DNA of 64,000 nucleotides from Candidatus Omnitrophota bacterium. Lineage in GTDB: Bacteria > Omnitrophota > Gorgyraeia > Duberdicusellales > 4484-171. Below the pieces are notes generated by a model that saw only the letters and a program-made list of their open reading frames with translations, was not told where the DNA came from and ran no database searches. The stretch lies in NCBI GenBank assembly GCA_037146775.1, contig JBAWWL010000006.1, forward strand, positions 15,120 through 79,119. Direction: 5' to 3'. Positions 1 through 9,219 of the stretch are shown here, one piece after another. How positions within the stretch are numbered: position 1 is the stretch's first letter; each line of letters starts with the position of its first letter. The position numbers and the translations under genes were made by a program.

Positions 1-118
1 AAAGCGTTACCTCGCTAATACCTGATTTTCCGGCAATCAAATTTTTCCAGAATTCGTCTTTGCCGATACCTATCGAAGAAACAATACCTAAACCGGTTAC
101 CACCACTCTTTTACTCAT
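1..118 (-). CDS. Beta-ketoacyl-ACP synthase (FabF-like), 5' part only, runs off the window
   Basis: Manual translation from ATG at 118: MSKRVVVTGLGIVSSIGIGKDEFWKNLIAGKSGISEV, the typical KAS II N-terminus; directly downstream of fabZ. Confidence 0.85.
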   Translation of the reverse strand, partial: MSKRVVVTGLGIVSSIGIGKDEFWKNLIAGKSGISEVTL

Positions 119-137
119 ACGATCACTACCTTACAAA

Positions 138-581
138 TCACAACTTCACTCCAAACACAATCCTTCCCTCCGCCACGACTTCGTCCTTTACCAAGGCTAC
201 TGCTCGCACAATACCGGCGTTTCCAATAATTTTATCTTCATGCACTTGGAGTATCAGCTGGTCACCAACCATAACCGGCTTCAAAAACTTCACTTCTACT
301 TTACCTAAAAAATACGTAGGTTTCTTTGCGGCAATTTCCGGCTTCAAGGCAGCAAAACCTATAATACTGGCCTGAGCCATAGCTTCAATAATAATCACGC
401 CGGGAAGAATAGGCTTATCGGGAAAATGGCCGACAAAAAAGTAATCGTTAATGGTAACGTTTTTAAGGCAGGTAATCTTTTTCTCTTGCGGATTTATATC
501 CAAAACTTTATCGATGAAAAGGAATGGATATTTTTGCGGTAAAACTTCTTGAATTTTCTGAATATCCCAGATGCCCTCCAT
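138..581 (-). CDS. fabZ: 3-hydroxyacyl-ACP dehydratase FabZ-like
   Basis: LPQKYPFLFIDKV, GHFPDKPILPGVIIIEAMAQ, F..PV..GD motifs. Confidence 0.92.
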   Translation of the reverse strand: MEGIWDIQKIQEVLPQKYPFLFIDKVLDINPQEKKITCLKNVTINDYFFVGHFPDKPILPGVIIIEAMAQASIIGFAALKPEIAAKKPTYFLGKVEVKFLKPVMVGDQLILQVHEDKIIGNAGIVRAVALVKDEVVAEGRIVFGVKL

Positions 582-679
582 ATTATTTGTTTAAAAGTTT
601 TTCTGCCATATTGATATTGTTAAAACACCATGCTATTAATGATACTGATAAATTGTTTATTCTTTATCTAAATGCGCAC

Positions 680-1426
680 CTATATCGCCAAACCTCCGTC
701 AATCTTTATAGTTTCTCCGGTAATATAGCTTGCCTGATCCGAAGCAAGAAACACGCACAAGTACGCCACTTCATTCGCTTCGCCCAAACGTTTCTGTGGT
801 ATACTGTTTATAATTTCTTTTTTAAAATCATCCCGCAAACCGCTCACCATATCCGTGTTGATAAAACCCGGACACACCACATTTACCCTCACGCCATACG
901 CAGCCACCTCTTTCGCCAAAGCCTTGGAAAATCCGATAATTCCTGCCTTAGAGGCGCTATAATTAGTCTGGCGCGGTAAACCGGTAATACCACTCACTGA
1001 ACTCATGTTTACGATGCATCCTTTTTTTTGTTTCAAAAAAGTAGTTATAGCCGCTCGGGTCATATTAAAAGTTCCGCCTAAATTGGTATCTACAACTTCT
1101 TTCCAGTCATCCATAGTCATCATCATCAACGCCTTATCTTTAGTTATGCCGGCATTATTCACTAAAATATCCAGATGAGAGAACTGGGCTAAAGCCTTCT
1201 CTACCACCTGGCGGCACTGATTGTAATCTTTAATGTCTGTTTTAATACCGCTACCGCTGGTACCCAACGCCTTAATTTCTTCCTCTAATTTTTTTGCTTC
1301 GGCTTCGCTCTTGTTGTAAGTAAAGACAATCTGCGCTCCGGCCTTAGCAAATTCCAAGCAGCACGCACGCCCGATTCCTCGCGCACCGCCGGTAATGATT
1401 GCGATTTTACCTTTTAAATCAGCCAT
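680..1426 (-). CDS. fabG: 3-oxoacyl-ACP reductase
   Basis: TGGARGIG, NNAGITKD, YSASKAG, PGFINTDM SDR motifs; fab gene context. Confidence 0.93.
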   Translation of the reverse strand: MADLKGKIAIITGGARGIGRACCLEFAKAGAQIVFTYNKSEAEAKKLEEEIKALGTSGSGIKTDIKDYNQCRQVVEKALAQFSHLDILVNNAGITKDKALMMMTMDDWKEVVDTNLGGTFNMTRAAITTFLKQKKGCIVNMSSVSGITGLPRQTNYSASKAGIIGFSKALAKEVAAYGVRVNVVCPGFINTDMVSGLRDDFKKEIINSIPQKRLGEANEVAYLCVFLASDQASYITGETIKIDGGLAI

Positions 1427-1431
1427 AGCTT

Positions 1432-1459
1432 ATAATAACATAATTTATCTAGGTTACAA
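1432..1459 (-). promoter_or_regulatory. Putative sigma70 promoter of fabG, possibly leaderless
   Basis: TTGTAA-16 bp-TATTAT with extended -10 TG, 5 nt before the ATG, no SD sequence. Confidence 0.45.
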
Positions 1460-1494
1460 TACTACTTCTGGCCAAAACCTGCCAAACCGCTCGC

Positions 1495-2736
1495 TTAGTT
1501 TTTATCAATGTATTTTTCCAATACGCACGCGCTGTTGTAACCACCCGGGCCGAAAGAAACCACCAATGCCAGCTTAACATCTTTCTTTTGTGCCTTATTG
1601 GGCACACAATCGATATCGCACTCCGGATCTTTTTCGCCCTGATGTATGGTCGGCGGAACAATTCCATGCTCGAATGCCCCGATGCAGGAAGCAATCTGCA
1701 GGGCTCCTGACGCTGAGAGAGTTTCTGCGGTCATTGATTTTATAGCACTTACCGGAATAGCCTCTAAGGCTTTGCCGAAAATACGCTTTAAAACCTTCAC
1801 CTCGATTTTGTCTAAATCCAGGGATGAATTCGCGCAGCTGGAAATATAATCGATATCTTTCAATCCTACCCCGGCCTCATCCAGCGCTGCCCGGATTGAC
1901 TTCTCGATACCTTCCCCTTGAGAATGTATTCTTCCAATCTTGACACCGTCGAAGCAACTTGCGACGCTACGCACCCTTGCAAAAATAGAAGCTCCTCTTG
2001 AATATGCGGTTTCCCGGTTTTCCAGACAAAACATACCGGCAGCCTCTCCCAAAATCGGCCCATTTCTGCGTTTATCGAAAGGACAGCTTAAGGCTGCGCC
2101 CTTAATCCCAGCCATATATCCCACTTTATGAAAACCAAAGAATAAGCTAAGATCAAGGGCCTCTACCGCTCCGACAAGCGCTATCTTGGCTTTGCCGGTA
2201 GACAAAACCGTAAGAGCGTACCGTAAGGCTTCCAATCCTGCGGTATATCCGGTAGCAAGAGAAACATTAAATCCCTGAATATTAAAACGGATAGAAACCT
2301 GAGATGACGCAGCGTTAAGAACGGTTGAAGGAAAAAGCGCCGGATTAGAAAACTCAAGGCCATCCTTGATCACTTCCCTGTCAAACTTGATCATCGCCCA
2401 AAGGTGAGGAAAAGTCGTACCAGTACTCACGCCAATATCGTCGGTATTTGCTTCGGTAATCTCTAATTTTGCTTCGTCCAATACCTGCTTGGCAGCGCAC
2501 ATCAAGAAAAGCCCGCTTCTATCTATGTTGCGTAAACCTTTTGGCCCAAGATATATTTTTGGATCAAAATTTTTGAGTTCCGCAGCCACGTTGACCGAGA
2601 ACTTTTCGGTAGGAAAAGATTCGATTTTTGAGACAGAGCTCACACCTTCTTCTATGCTTTTCCAGAAAAGCTCTTTACCTATACCATTAGGGCTCACCAC
2701 CCCGATACCAGTGATAAAGAATTCTTTATTTTGCAT
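1495..2736 (-). CDS. Ketosynthase homolog lacking the catalytic triad (chain-length-factor-like)
   Basis: KS fold (ITGIGVVSPNGIG, PFDKRRNG.ILGE, SFGPGG) but TAC->TGY, NAHGTS->SSCANS and GH->AE; start set to ATG 2736 because a promoter lies just upstream. Confidence 0.85.
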   Translation of the reverse strand: MQNKEFFITGIGVVSPNGIGKELFWKSIEEGVSSVSKIESFPTEKFSVNVAAELKNFDPKIYLGPKGLRNIDRSGLFLMCAAKQVLDEAKLEITEANTDDIGVSTGTTFPHLWAMIKFDREVIKDGLEFSNPALFPSTVLNAASSQVSIRFNIQGFNVSLATGYTAGLEALRYALTVLSTGKAKIALVGAVEALDLSLFFGFHKVGYMAGIKGAALSCPFDKRRNGPILGEAAGMFCLENRETAYSRGASIFARVRSVASCFDGVKIGRIHSQGEGIEKSIRAALDEAGVGLKDIDYISSCANSSLDLDKIEVKVLKRIFGKALEAIPVSAIKSMTAETLSASGALQIASCIGAFEHGIVPPTIHQGEKDPECDIDCVPNKAQKKDVKLALVVSFGPGGYNSACVLEKYIDKN

Positions 2737-2743
2737 CTTTATT

Positions 2744-2771
2744 ATTGTAACTGAAATATTAATTTTGTAAA
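2744..2771 (-). promoter_or_regulatory. Putative sigma70 promoter of the KS/CLF gene (leaderless)
   Basis: TTTACA-16 bp-TACAAT, 7 nt before ATG 2736. Confidence 0.55.
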
Positions 2772-2928
2772 CCCCATCATTGCATCGGGTTGGGCACATA
2801 TAAAGAAGGAACTGTCGCCTTTTAAACTCCGGAAACCGCTACCAGGCAAATAAACATTATGAAAACGCTTTCAGGATACACCCTCTATACCCTTGCAGCA
2901 CTGTAAAGAAAAATGTTATCTTTTCAAT

Positions 2929-2993
2929 GAGGGCTCTCTTCGGAGAGCTAAAGCCACGGACCCTCTCCCTATCAAGGGGGAGGGGTTTTTTTT
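2929..2993 (+). ncRNA. Candidate ~65-nt small RNA or attenuator leader
   Basis: TGn-TATCTT -10 at 2914-2922; GCTCTC-TTCG-GAGAGC hairpin; AAAGCCACGGA motif; ends in a strong terminator; antisense to both neighbouring genes. Confidence 0.45.
2961..2993 (+). terminator. Rho-independent terminator
   Basis: CCCTCTCCCT-ATCA-AGGGGGAGGG stem followed by G and T8. Confidence 0.8.
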
Positions 2994-3202
2994 ATAGAAA
3001 ACTAAGCCTGATAAGGGTTTATGGCAGGCCGAAACTGTACGGCATTGGAACCGCAATTATCGCTTTTCTAAAGGCAAACAGAATCAGGACATATTACCCA
3101 AAGACATAGGATACGGGAGGATTAATAAACCGCTACTAAACCGGTATTTTAAAGGACCGGAATATCGCATATAGCTGCCAGGGAAATAAAACAAAAAATG
3201 CT

Positions 3203-4975
3203 TTAAACTTGAAATAACTTACGCAGATGTTCGGCTTTCAACTCTCTTAAAGCCTGACGAATCAATTTTTTGTTGGAGGGATTTTTGTATTGAATAAGCG
3301 CGCGCTGCATTTGTCTTTCCCGAAACGTTTTTGCCGTATACACTAGCTGCCCGGTAAAAGGATCCTTGCCGGTATAATACATACAGCCGGCAAGAGTCAT
3401 CGGCAAAGGAATAAAATCCTGGATTTGTTCAGGATAAATATGGCGCCGTATAAGATAAAGACCAAGCTTAAGCGCATCCTCTAAGCGCGCGCCCGGATGT
3501 GCGACAATGAAGTATCTTACCAAATAAAGCTCTTTTTTGACTTTAGCGTTCATTTTACCGAAAGCAGCGGCAAACCGTTCGTACGAGCCGCTATCGGATT
3601 TATTCATTACCTTTAGCACACTGTCCACCGCATGTTCCGGGGCAACCTTCATTTGACCACTGATATGAAACCTACACAGCTCTTCGAGATAGTTTTCGGC
3701 AGACTGGTCGGCCAGCAAATCATAACGGAAACCGCTGCCGACAAAAAGATGTTTTACTTTTGGAATTTGACGAATCATTCTGTAAAGAGCTGTGGTTTGC
3801 TGATAGCCAAGATTAAGATCTTTGCATTTTGTGGGCAAGAGACAATTCTTATTTTCGCAAAAACCTCGTTTTCCCCATACATTACAGCTTGCCCGGTACA
3901 GATTGGCGGTAGGACCGCCGATATCGCTGATAGTGCCCTTAAAGTCGCTTTGCTCGGCAAGTATTCTTGCTTCCTTCACAATCGAAGCGGGACTTCTGCT
4001 TTGTACGATCCTGCCCTGATGGAAATAAAGCGAGCAAAAGCTGCATTCGCCGCAACAGCCGCGGTGAGAAATAATCGAAAATTTAACCGTTTCAAACCCC
4101 TTCAAACCGCCGGCCGCAGCATAAACCGGATGACACTTACGGCTGTACGGCAATTCATAAATTTTATCCAGCTGTTCTGCCTCAAGCGGCAGCGCCGGTG
4201 GCTGCTGGATAACAAATCTGTCAGCGTGGCGCTGCGCAACTTTCTTTGCCGCAAAAGGATTCATCTCCCGATAGATCATCTTAAATGCTTGATTGAATTT
4301 TTCTTTGTCGGCCTTGATGTCTTCAAAGGAAGGAATTTCCACACAATCGGATAGTTTTTCAACCTCTTTTCCGATAGTAACCGTTCCCCGGATCGAGGCC
4401 ATAGCAATATCCCGGCCTCCCTCAAGATATCGAGCAATTTCCACCACCTGCGTCTCTGCCATGCCATAAGCAAGAATATCCGCTTTGGCGTCAACCAAAA
4501 GAGAACGCCTGATACAATCATCCCAATAATCATAATGAGCGAGCCGACGCAAACTCGCCTCGATACCGCCCAAAACTATCGTAATGTCACCAAAAGCTTC
4601 TCTGACTCTGTTAGCGTACACAAGTATTGCCCGGTCAGGCCGCAATCCGGCTCTGCCACCGGGAGAATAATCATCGCCATGCCGTAATTTTTTGTTGGCA
4701 GTATAGTTGGCAACCATAGAATCGGTATTACCGGAAGTGATACCGAAGAATAAACGCGGCCGGCCTAAACGCGCAAAATCATCCTTACTGCGCCAGTTAG
4801 GCTGGCTGATAATTCCCACCTTATACCCTTCCCTCTCCAAGACACGGCTGATGACCGCAGTACCGTAAGAAGGGTGATCAACGTACGCGTCGCCGGTGAT
4901 CAGAATGATATCCAGTTCTTTCCATCCTCTTTTCTTTATGTCTTGGGCCGAGATAGGTAAAAAATTATCGCGCAT
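3203..4975 (-). CDS. YgiQ family (UPF0313) radical SAM protein
   Basis: TGDAYVDHPSYG, GGIEASLRRLAHYDYW, HRGCCGECSFC (CxxxCxxC), KVAPEH. Confidence 0.93.
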   Translation of the reverse strand: MRDNFLPISAQDIKKRGWKELDIILITGDAYVDHPSYGTAVISRVLEREGYKVGIISQPNWRSKDDFARLGRPRLFFGITSGNTDSMVANYTANKKLRHGDDYSPGGRAGLRPDRAILVYANRVREAFGDITIVLGGIEASLRRLAHYDYWDDCIRRSLLVDAKADILAYGMAETQVVEIARYLEGGRDIAMASIRGTVTIGKEVEKLSDCVEIPSFEDIKADKEKFNQAFKMIYREMNPFAAKKVAQRHADRFVIQQPPALPLEAEQLDKIYELPYSRKCHPVYAAAGGLKGFETVKFSIISHRGCCGECSFCSLYFHQGRIVQSRSPASIVKEARILAEQSDFKGTISDIGGPTANLYRASCNVWGKRGFCENKNCLLPTKCKDLNLGYQQTTALYRMIRQIPKVKHLFVGSGFRYDLLADQSAENYLEELCRFHISGQMKVAPEHAVDSVLKVMNKSDSGSYERFAAAFGKMNAKVKKELYLVRYFIVAHPGARLEDALKLGLYLIRRHIYPEQIQDFIPLPMTLAGCMYYTGKDPFTGQLVYTAKTFRERQMQRALIQYKNPSNKKLIRQALRELKAEHLRKLFQV

Positions 4976-5001
4976 ATTTAAGAATATTACGGATGAGAAA
5001 C

Positions 5002-5700
5002 TTATTTCTTGAAAGGCGAGTTGACCATATGTATTTTTATAGCCTTAACGGAAAATATCCAACATAGGACAAAAACAAGTAACATCGCACACACCCCAAA
5101 GATTAATCCACTGAAAGCGAAAAAATTGAAAAACCCGTGAGCAAATATCGCTAGCCCCAGGCCAGCATAGATATACCGTCGTTCGTGTTCTTTGCTATCC
5201 GTGAATTTTGCCAAACCCAGGTAATAACCCATAATGACTCCACAAAACGCGTGTAAAGGAACTGATATAAGCGCACGGAAAACTCCGACATTTAACACAC
5301 CAAATAATCCAAAGCGGCCGTAACTGGACAAGAGGTACAGTATATTTTCCAGAGTTGCAAAACCGAGCGAAATCATGACTGCATAGACAATGCCATCGTA
5401 AGGTTCGTTAAATTCATTGCTTCGATATACCAGCGCACGAAAAACCATGAACTTAAGCCCCTCTTCCACTAATGCCGCCACCACAAAAGCCTGCAAGAAA
5501 ATACGTACCACAAATTCATTAATAGCTGCCACAAAGCTCAGCAACGCTACCTCTACCACCATCGCCACAAAAGTTATCATGAATCCGTAAAAAAACGATA
5601 GCGCCAGGAACCGTAGCGGTTCTCTCTCATACTTATCTTTATGGTAGAAATACAACAGTAAGGCAATGACAGGAGCTATGGCCATCAATGCTATGATCAT
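5002..5700 (-). CDS. prsW: PrsW family intramembrane protease
   Basis: KDKYEREP, EEGLK, GFATLEN, conserved His in PLHA and FAHG; multi-TM. Confidence 0.88.
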   Translation of the reverse strand: MIIALMAIAPVIALLLYFYHKDKYEREPLRFLALSFFYGFMITFVAMVVEVALLSFVAAINEFVVRIFLQAFVVAALVEEGLKFMVFRALVYRSNEFNEPYDGIVYAVMISLGFATLENILYLLSSYGRFGLFGVLNVGVFRALISVPLHAFCGVIMGYYLGLAKFTDSKEHERRYIYAGLGLAIFAHGFFNFFAFSGLIFGVCAMLLVFVLCWIFSVKAIKIHMVNSPFKK

Positions 5701-5805
5701 ATTACCCTCCGAAAAGCAAATTTTAACATACGCGTATGCTTACGCAATGTTTCTTTTGATTGAATGTTCTCGACCGTCACGAATATGCTATAATAATAAT
5801 TGCCT

Positions 5806-7083
5806 ATGCAAGCAACCATTAAAAAAATCGTCTATCCCGGGAAGAGTCTCTGCGTGTCCGGAGGAAAAGTAATTTTTACCGACGAAGGCCTCCCCAACGA
5901 ACTGGTGAAGCTGGATATACGCAGTCAGAAATCAAATTATACAAGAGCCCAAACATGCCAAGTTTTAAAAGCTTCTCCGTGGCGCGCACACACACGCTGC
6001 GACCATTATAAAGTGTGTTCTCCCTACCAATACATCAACTACCCATTCCAGCTGCACATAAAACAAGAACAGCTCGCAGAAATTTTTCTGCGCACACTTA
6101 AAATAAAAAACGAAAACATAGAGATAAAAGCGTCTCCACGAATATGGGGGTATAGAAATAAGGTACATTTGCATGTGCGTTGGCAGAAAAAAACCGCAAG
6201 TCTCGCCTACCATCTGCCGGAAATAAATGACCGGTTCATACACATAACCTGCTGTTTTCTGATATCCGAAGAAATGAACCGGCTGGCACAAGCAATACTC
6301 GCAATAATATCGCGCCACGAAGAAAGCGCGATACAAGAAATTGGGATAAAAGAAAGCTCGTCAAAAAAAGAGTTACTTCTTGTCCTCTATGCGGATTCGT
6401 CTCGTTTAACGCAAAAATTTTTGGATAGCGTAATCGAGCTGCCCAAAACTTTTTCCATAGAGGGCATCATAGGTATTACCGGCGGAAACAAAGCAAGAAA
6501 AGAAAATTTGATTTGGGGAAAAAGTTATATCGAAGAAAAAATTGAAGGATACATGTTCCGTATCGGTGCGCAATCATTTTTCCAGGTCAACACCGCAATG
6601 CTTACCACCATGTGTAACGATATAGCTCAAAGTACACATTTTAACGCGGGAGAAACTATTGCCGATCTTTACTGTGGGGTAGGAACTTTTGGTATTCTTC
6701 TTGCAAAAAAAGTATGCCGGGTAATCGGCATAGAGGCTAGCCGGGAAAATACGCTCCTCTTAGAGCAAAACTTAAAAATAAACCATATCGAAAATTTTAC
6801 CGTTTACAATGAATACAGTGAAACATGGTTCAGAAAACGGGTAAAAGAACCTGCGGATACGCTGATCATAGACCCTCCGCGCAAAGGCATCGGAAAAGAA
6901 ATCTGCGAACACCTGCTTAAATATTCCTGTCAGCGTATTATATATATCTCTTGCGACCCTGCCACACTGCTGCGAGATCTAAAAATATTGCTGGCCGGTT
7001 ATAGCCTCGAACGTATAACCGGTTATGATTTTTTTCCGCATACACCGCACATCGAAACCTGCACTTTGCTCGTTAAAAAATAA
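5806..7083 (+). CDS. rlmD: 23S rRNA m5U1939 methyltransferase (RlmD/TrmA family)
   Basis: TRAM-like N-terminus, SFFQVN, DLYCGVGTFG, DPPRKG, YISCDPATL.RD, DFFPHT.HIE; ATG at 5806 follows TGcTATAAT. Confidence 0.9.
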   Translation: MQATIKKIVYPGKSLCVSGGKVIFTDEGLPNELVKLDIRSQKSNYTRAQTCQVLKASPWRAHTRCDHYKVCSPYQYINYPFQLHIKQEQLAEIFLRTLKIKNENIEIKASPRIWGYRNKVHLHVRWQKKTASLAYHLPEINDRFIHITCCFLISEEMNRLAQAILAIISRHEESAIQEIGIKESSSKKELLLVLYADSSRLTQKFLDSVIELPKTFSIEGIIGITGGNKARKENLIWGKSYIEEKIEGYMFRIGAQSFFQVNTAMLTTMCNDIAQSTHFNAGETIADLYCGVGTFGILLAKKVCRVIGIEASRENTLLLEQNLKINHIENFTVYNEYSETWFRKRVKEPADTLIIDPPRKGIGKEICEHLLKYSCQRIIYISCDPATLLRDLKILLAGYSLERITGYDFFPHTPHIETCTLLVKK

Positions 7084-7127
7084 AATACCACAGCCCAAAC
7101 AAAAAACCAATAACCCGGCAATCGGGA

Positions 7128-8348
7128 TCAAAGATGTTTTAAAAAGGCAGTAACGGCAGTAATATCGGAAGTTTTAAGAAAAGTGCTGGTAGATAAAGTC
7201 AGATGCCCTTCGGCAATAAAACGGCCATTAGGAGAATCACCGGAAGGAATAAAATCTTTCAGATAATCGTAATCACCAATCGAGAAAGCATAGAGCTGCG
7301 ATACGCCCAACCCGCGATTTTCAAGCGCTGTATACGCCCGGTTTCTTAACTCAGGGTCATCGAACAGAAGCACAAGAAAGGGGTATGTCGCCCTATCACC
7401 CGCTGATTCCTGGATAATTCTAATACCGTTTACACCGACCAACTCATTAAAGTAGCATTGTGCCTTTAGCCTTTGCGCCTCTATCTCTGTCTCTAAGCGT
7501 TCAAAGCAAATATGGGCTATCCGTTTTCTAAAACCGGAAACACGATGGGTGGGAAAATTTACTTCATACTCCTCACGAAGCCCTCGTAAACGATTTCCCC
7601 GTAGATTCCAAAAAAGTTCAGGAAGCCGAAAAACAAACCAGAACAAGAACGGCCGATAAAACATTGCGTAGCCGAGTAATTCAGAAATTTTCAGGCTTTC
7701 GGATAAAAAATCATTTTTTACCAAGCTTCGGCACGTATGCTCAATATTGTCGGCATAAATATTATTATTGGCGACGACAACTCCCCCCTCATAAGTCGTC
7801 AGCCCCTTGCCGCGGCAGAGGCTAAAAAAAGAAAAATCACTGAAGCTGCCGATTTTTTTTCCCCGAAAACTTGCGCCCAGCGACTGAGCGCAATCTTCGA
7901 CGACAAAAAGCTTATAGGTATGCGCGATATTCTCGATTATTTCAAGATTTACCGCGATACCCGCCAGATGAACCGCAATAATAGCCAGGATATCATTGGA
8001 TTGGGCACAAAGATTATCTAAGGCGGTAGGATTAAAATTGAAATCATATTGGTTGATATCACACACCGCAACCTTAAGTCCTGCTCGCTGTATCGCCAAA
8101 GGAACAAGCGGACAGACATAGGAAGGTATAATAACTGTTTTTTTAGATGAGAGCCTTTTCAGGGACTCTAAAATAAAGTATAGGGCAGCAGTTCCCGAAT
8201 AAGTTACCTTCGCATGATTTGCTTTCAGATAATGCTCAAAATCTGCCTCCAAAGAACCTCGATAGCTTCGGGGATCACATAGAGCGAGCACCTCTCTTAG
8301 AGCGATGGGAAAACCGGCAGTAGGAGGAATTTCTCTAAATATGGCCAT
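7128..8348 (-). CDS. DegT/DnrJ/EryC1/StrS family PLP-dependent aminotransferase
   Basis: SGTAALY, VHLAG, VEDCAQSLG, FSL.RGKGLTTYEGG with the PLP lysine. Confidence 0.88.
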   Translation of the reverse strand: MAIFREIPPTAGFPIALREVLALCDPRSYRGSLEADFEHYLKANHAKVTYSGTAALYFILESLKRLSSKKTVIIPSYVCPLVPLAIQRAGLKVAVCDINQYDFNFNPTALDNLCAQSNDILAIIAVHLAGIAVNLEIIENIAHTYKLFVVEDCAQSLGASFRGKKIGSFSDFSFFSLCRGKGLTTYEGGVVVANNNIYADNIEHTCRSLVKNDFLSESLKISELLGYAMFYRPFLFWFVFRLPELFWNLRGNRLRGLREEYEVNFPTHRVSGFRKRIAHICFERLETEIEAQRLKAQCYFNELVGVNGIRIIQESAGDRATYPFLVLLFDDPELRNRAYTALENRGLGVSQLYAFSIGDYDYLKDFIPSGDSPNGRFIAEGHLTLSTSTFLKTSDITAVTAFLKHL

Positions 8349-8364
8349 AAATATTTATTTGTAA

Positions 8365-8392
8365 TTGCTATTGGCTAATTTTATGCTAAAAT
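8365..8392 (+). promoter_or_regulatory. Putative sigma70 promoter of the EamA pair
   Basis: TTGCTA-16 bp-TAAAAT with extended -10 TG. Confidence 0.5.
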
Positions 8393-8420
8393 CAATTTTC
8401 AAGCAAGATATTTTGCTCAT

Positions 8421-8831
8421 ATGTTTAAAAAAAGAATTACTCTTAAAATTCTTCTGTTTCTAATTGCCTCGGATATATTAGAAACCTGCACTCATTATTG
8501 CTTTAAAAAAAGTACTTTACCGGTCAGTGAGATTACCATTAACGGCTTTTCTTCTGCGGTTTCTTTTTTTCGTATTGTAGTTTTTTCTCCTTTTTTATGG
8601 TTAGGATTTCTTTTTGTCGGCTTGACTTTCGTGGTCTGGTCAACGATTCTTTCTAAAATAGATTTAAGCGTCGCGGTCCCGGCAGCCAGTTTCAGCTATA
8701 TATTGGTTCCTCTTGTCTCGATAGTATTCCTACACGAACAGATAGACACACTCAGATGGTGCGGCATCGCGATGATATTGCTGGGTATTATTTTTGCCTC
8801 CATAAGCAGCAAGGAAAAACGAATAGTCTGA
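8421..8831 (+). CDS. EamA/SMR-like small membrane transporter (ArnE/ArnF-like)
   Basis: 4 TM, LSKIDLSVAVP, FLHEQI...RWCGI..ILLGI. Confidence 0.85.
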   Translation: MFKKRITLKILLFLIASDILETCTHYCFKKSTLPVSEITINGFSSAVSFFRIVVFSPFLWLGFLFVGLTFVVWSTILSKIDLSVAVPAASFSYILVPLVSIVFLHEQIDTLRWCGIAMILLGIIFASISSKEKRIV

Positions 8832-8832
8832 T

Positions 8833-9219
8833 ATGTATTCCAGTATATTTTTTCTTTTAGGGCTCATAGCGCTGGCGGATGTTTTTGACACCACGAGAGA
8901 GCTCTGCCTTAAATCAGCGATAAATTCCTTAGACGGCTATTCCCCCAATACCATCAAGAAGGTGTTACAGTTTGTCTGGACACTTGTTCGTCTACCGAAG
9001 GTATGGATAAGTTTTCTGTGCAGCGTCCTTTCTCTTTTTCTTTATCTCTTCGTCCTATCCAAAGCTGACTTAAGCGTTGCCTTCGCCCTTGACAGCATGC
9101 ATTATATATTTATTGCTTTTGCCGCTAAATGGGTGCTGAAAGAAAAATTCGGCGTTATGCGCTGGATGGGAACAATTTGTGTAGCGATCGGTATAACGCT
9201 GGTAAGCTTCAGCCACTAA
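8833..9219 (+). CDS. EamA/SMR-like small membrane transporter, paralogous partner
   Basis: 4 TM, LSKADLSVAFA, LKEKF...RWMG...VAIGI; 1 bp after its paralog. Confidence 0.85.
   Translation: MYSSIFFLLGLIALADVFDTTRELCLKSAINSLDGYSPNTIKKVLQFVWTLVRLPKVWISFLCSVLSLFLYLFVLSKADLSVAFALDSMHYIFIAFAAKWVLKEKFGVMRWMGTICVAIGITLVSFSH

Noticed and set aside
2737-2799. N-terminal extension MCPTRCNDG... of the KS-like ORF
   Set aside because: The region contains the promoter; KS homology starts at MQNKEFFITG (2736).
2859-2906. Small + strand ORF MKTLSGYTLYTLAAL
   Set aside because: No SD, overlaps the putative sRNA promoter, no recognisable feature.
2929-2993. Canonical c-di-GMP-I riboswitch call
   Set aside because: Only AAAGCCACGG matches; the 5' GGCAAA, GNRA tetraloop and 3' AGCCGGG elements are absent, so it is reported as an unknown motif instead.
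2927-3109. 60-aa + strand ORF from the track
   Set aside because: Runs through a strong terminator hairpin and T8 tract; no protein features.
3632-4354. 240-aa antisense ORF (likewise 33847-34344, 36554-37252, 43475-43987, 44284-44892 and other short track ORFs)
   Set aside because: Shadow frames opposite well-supported genes, with no motifs or start signals.
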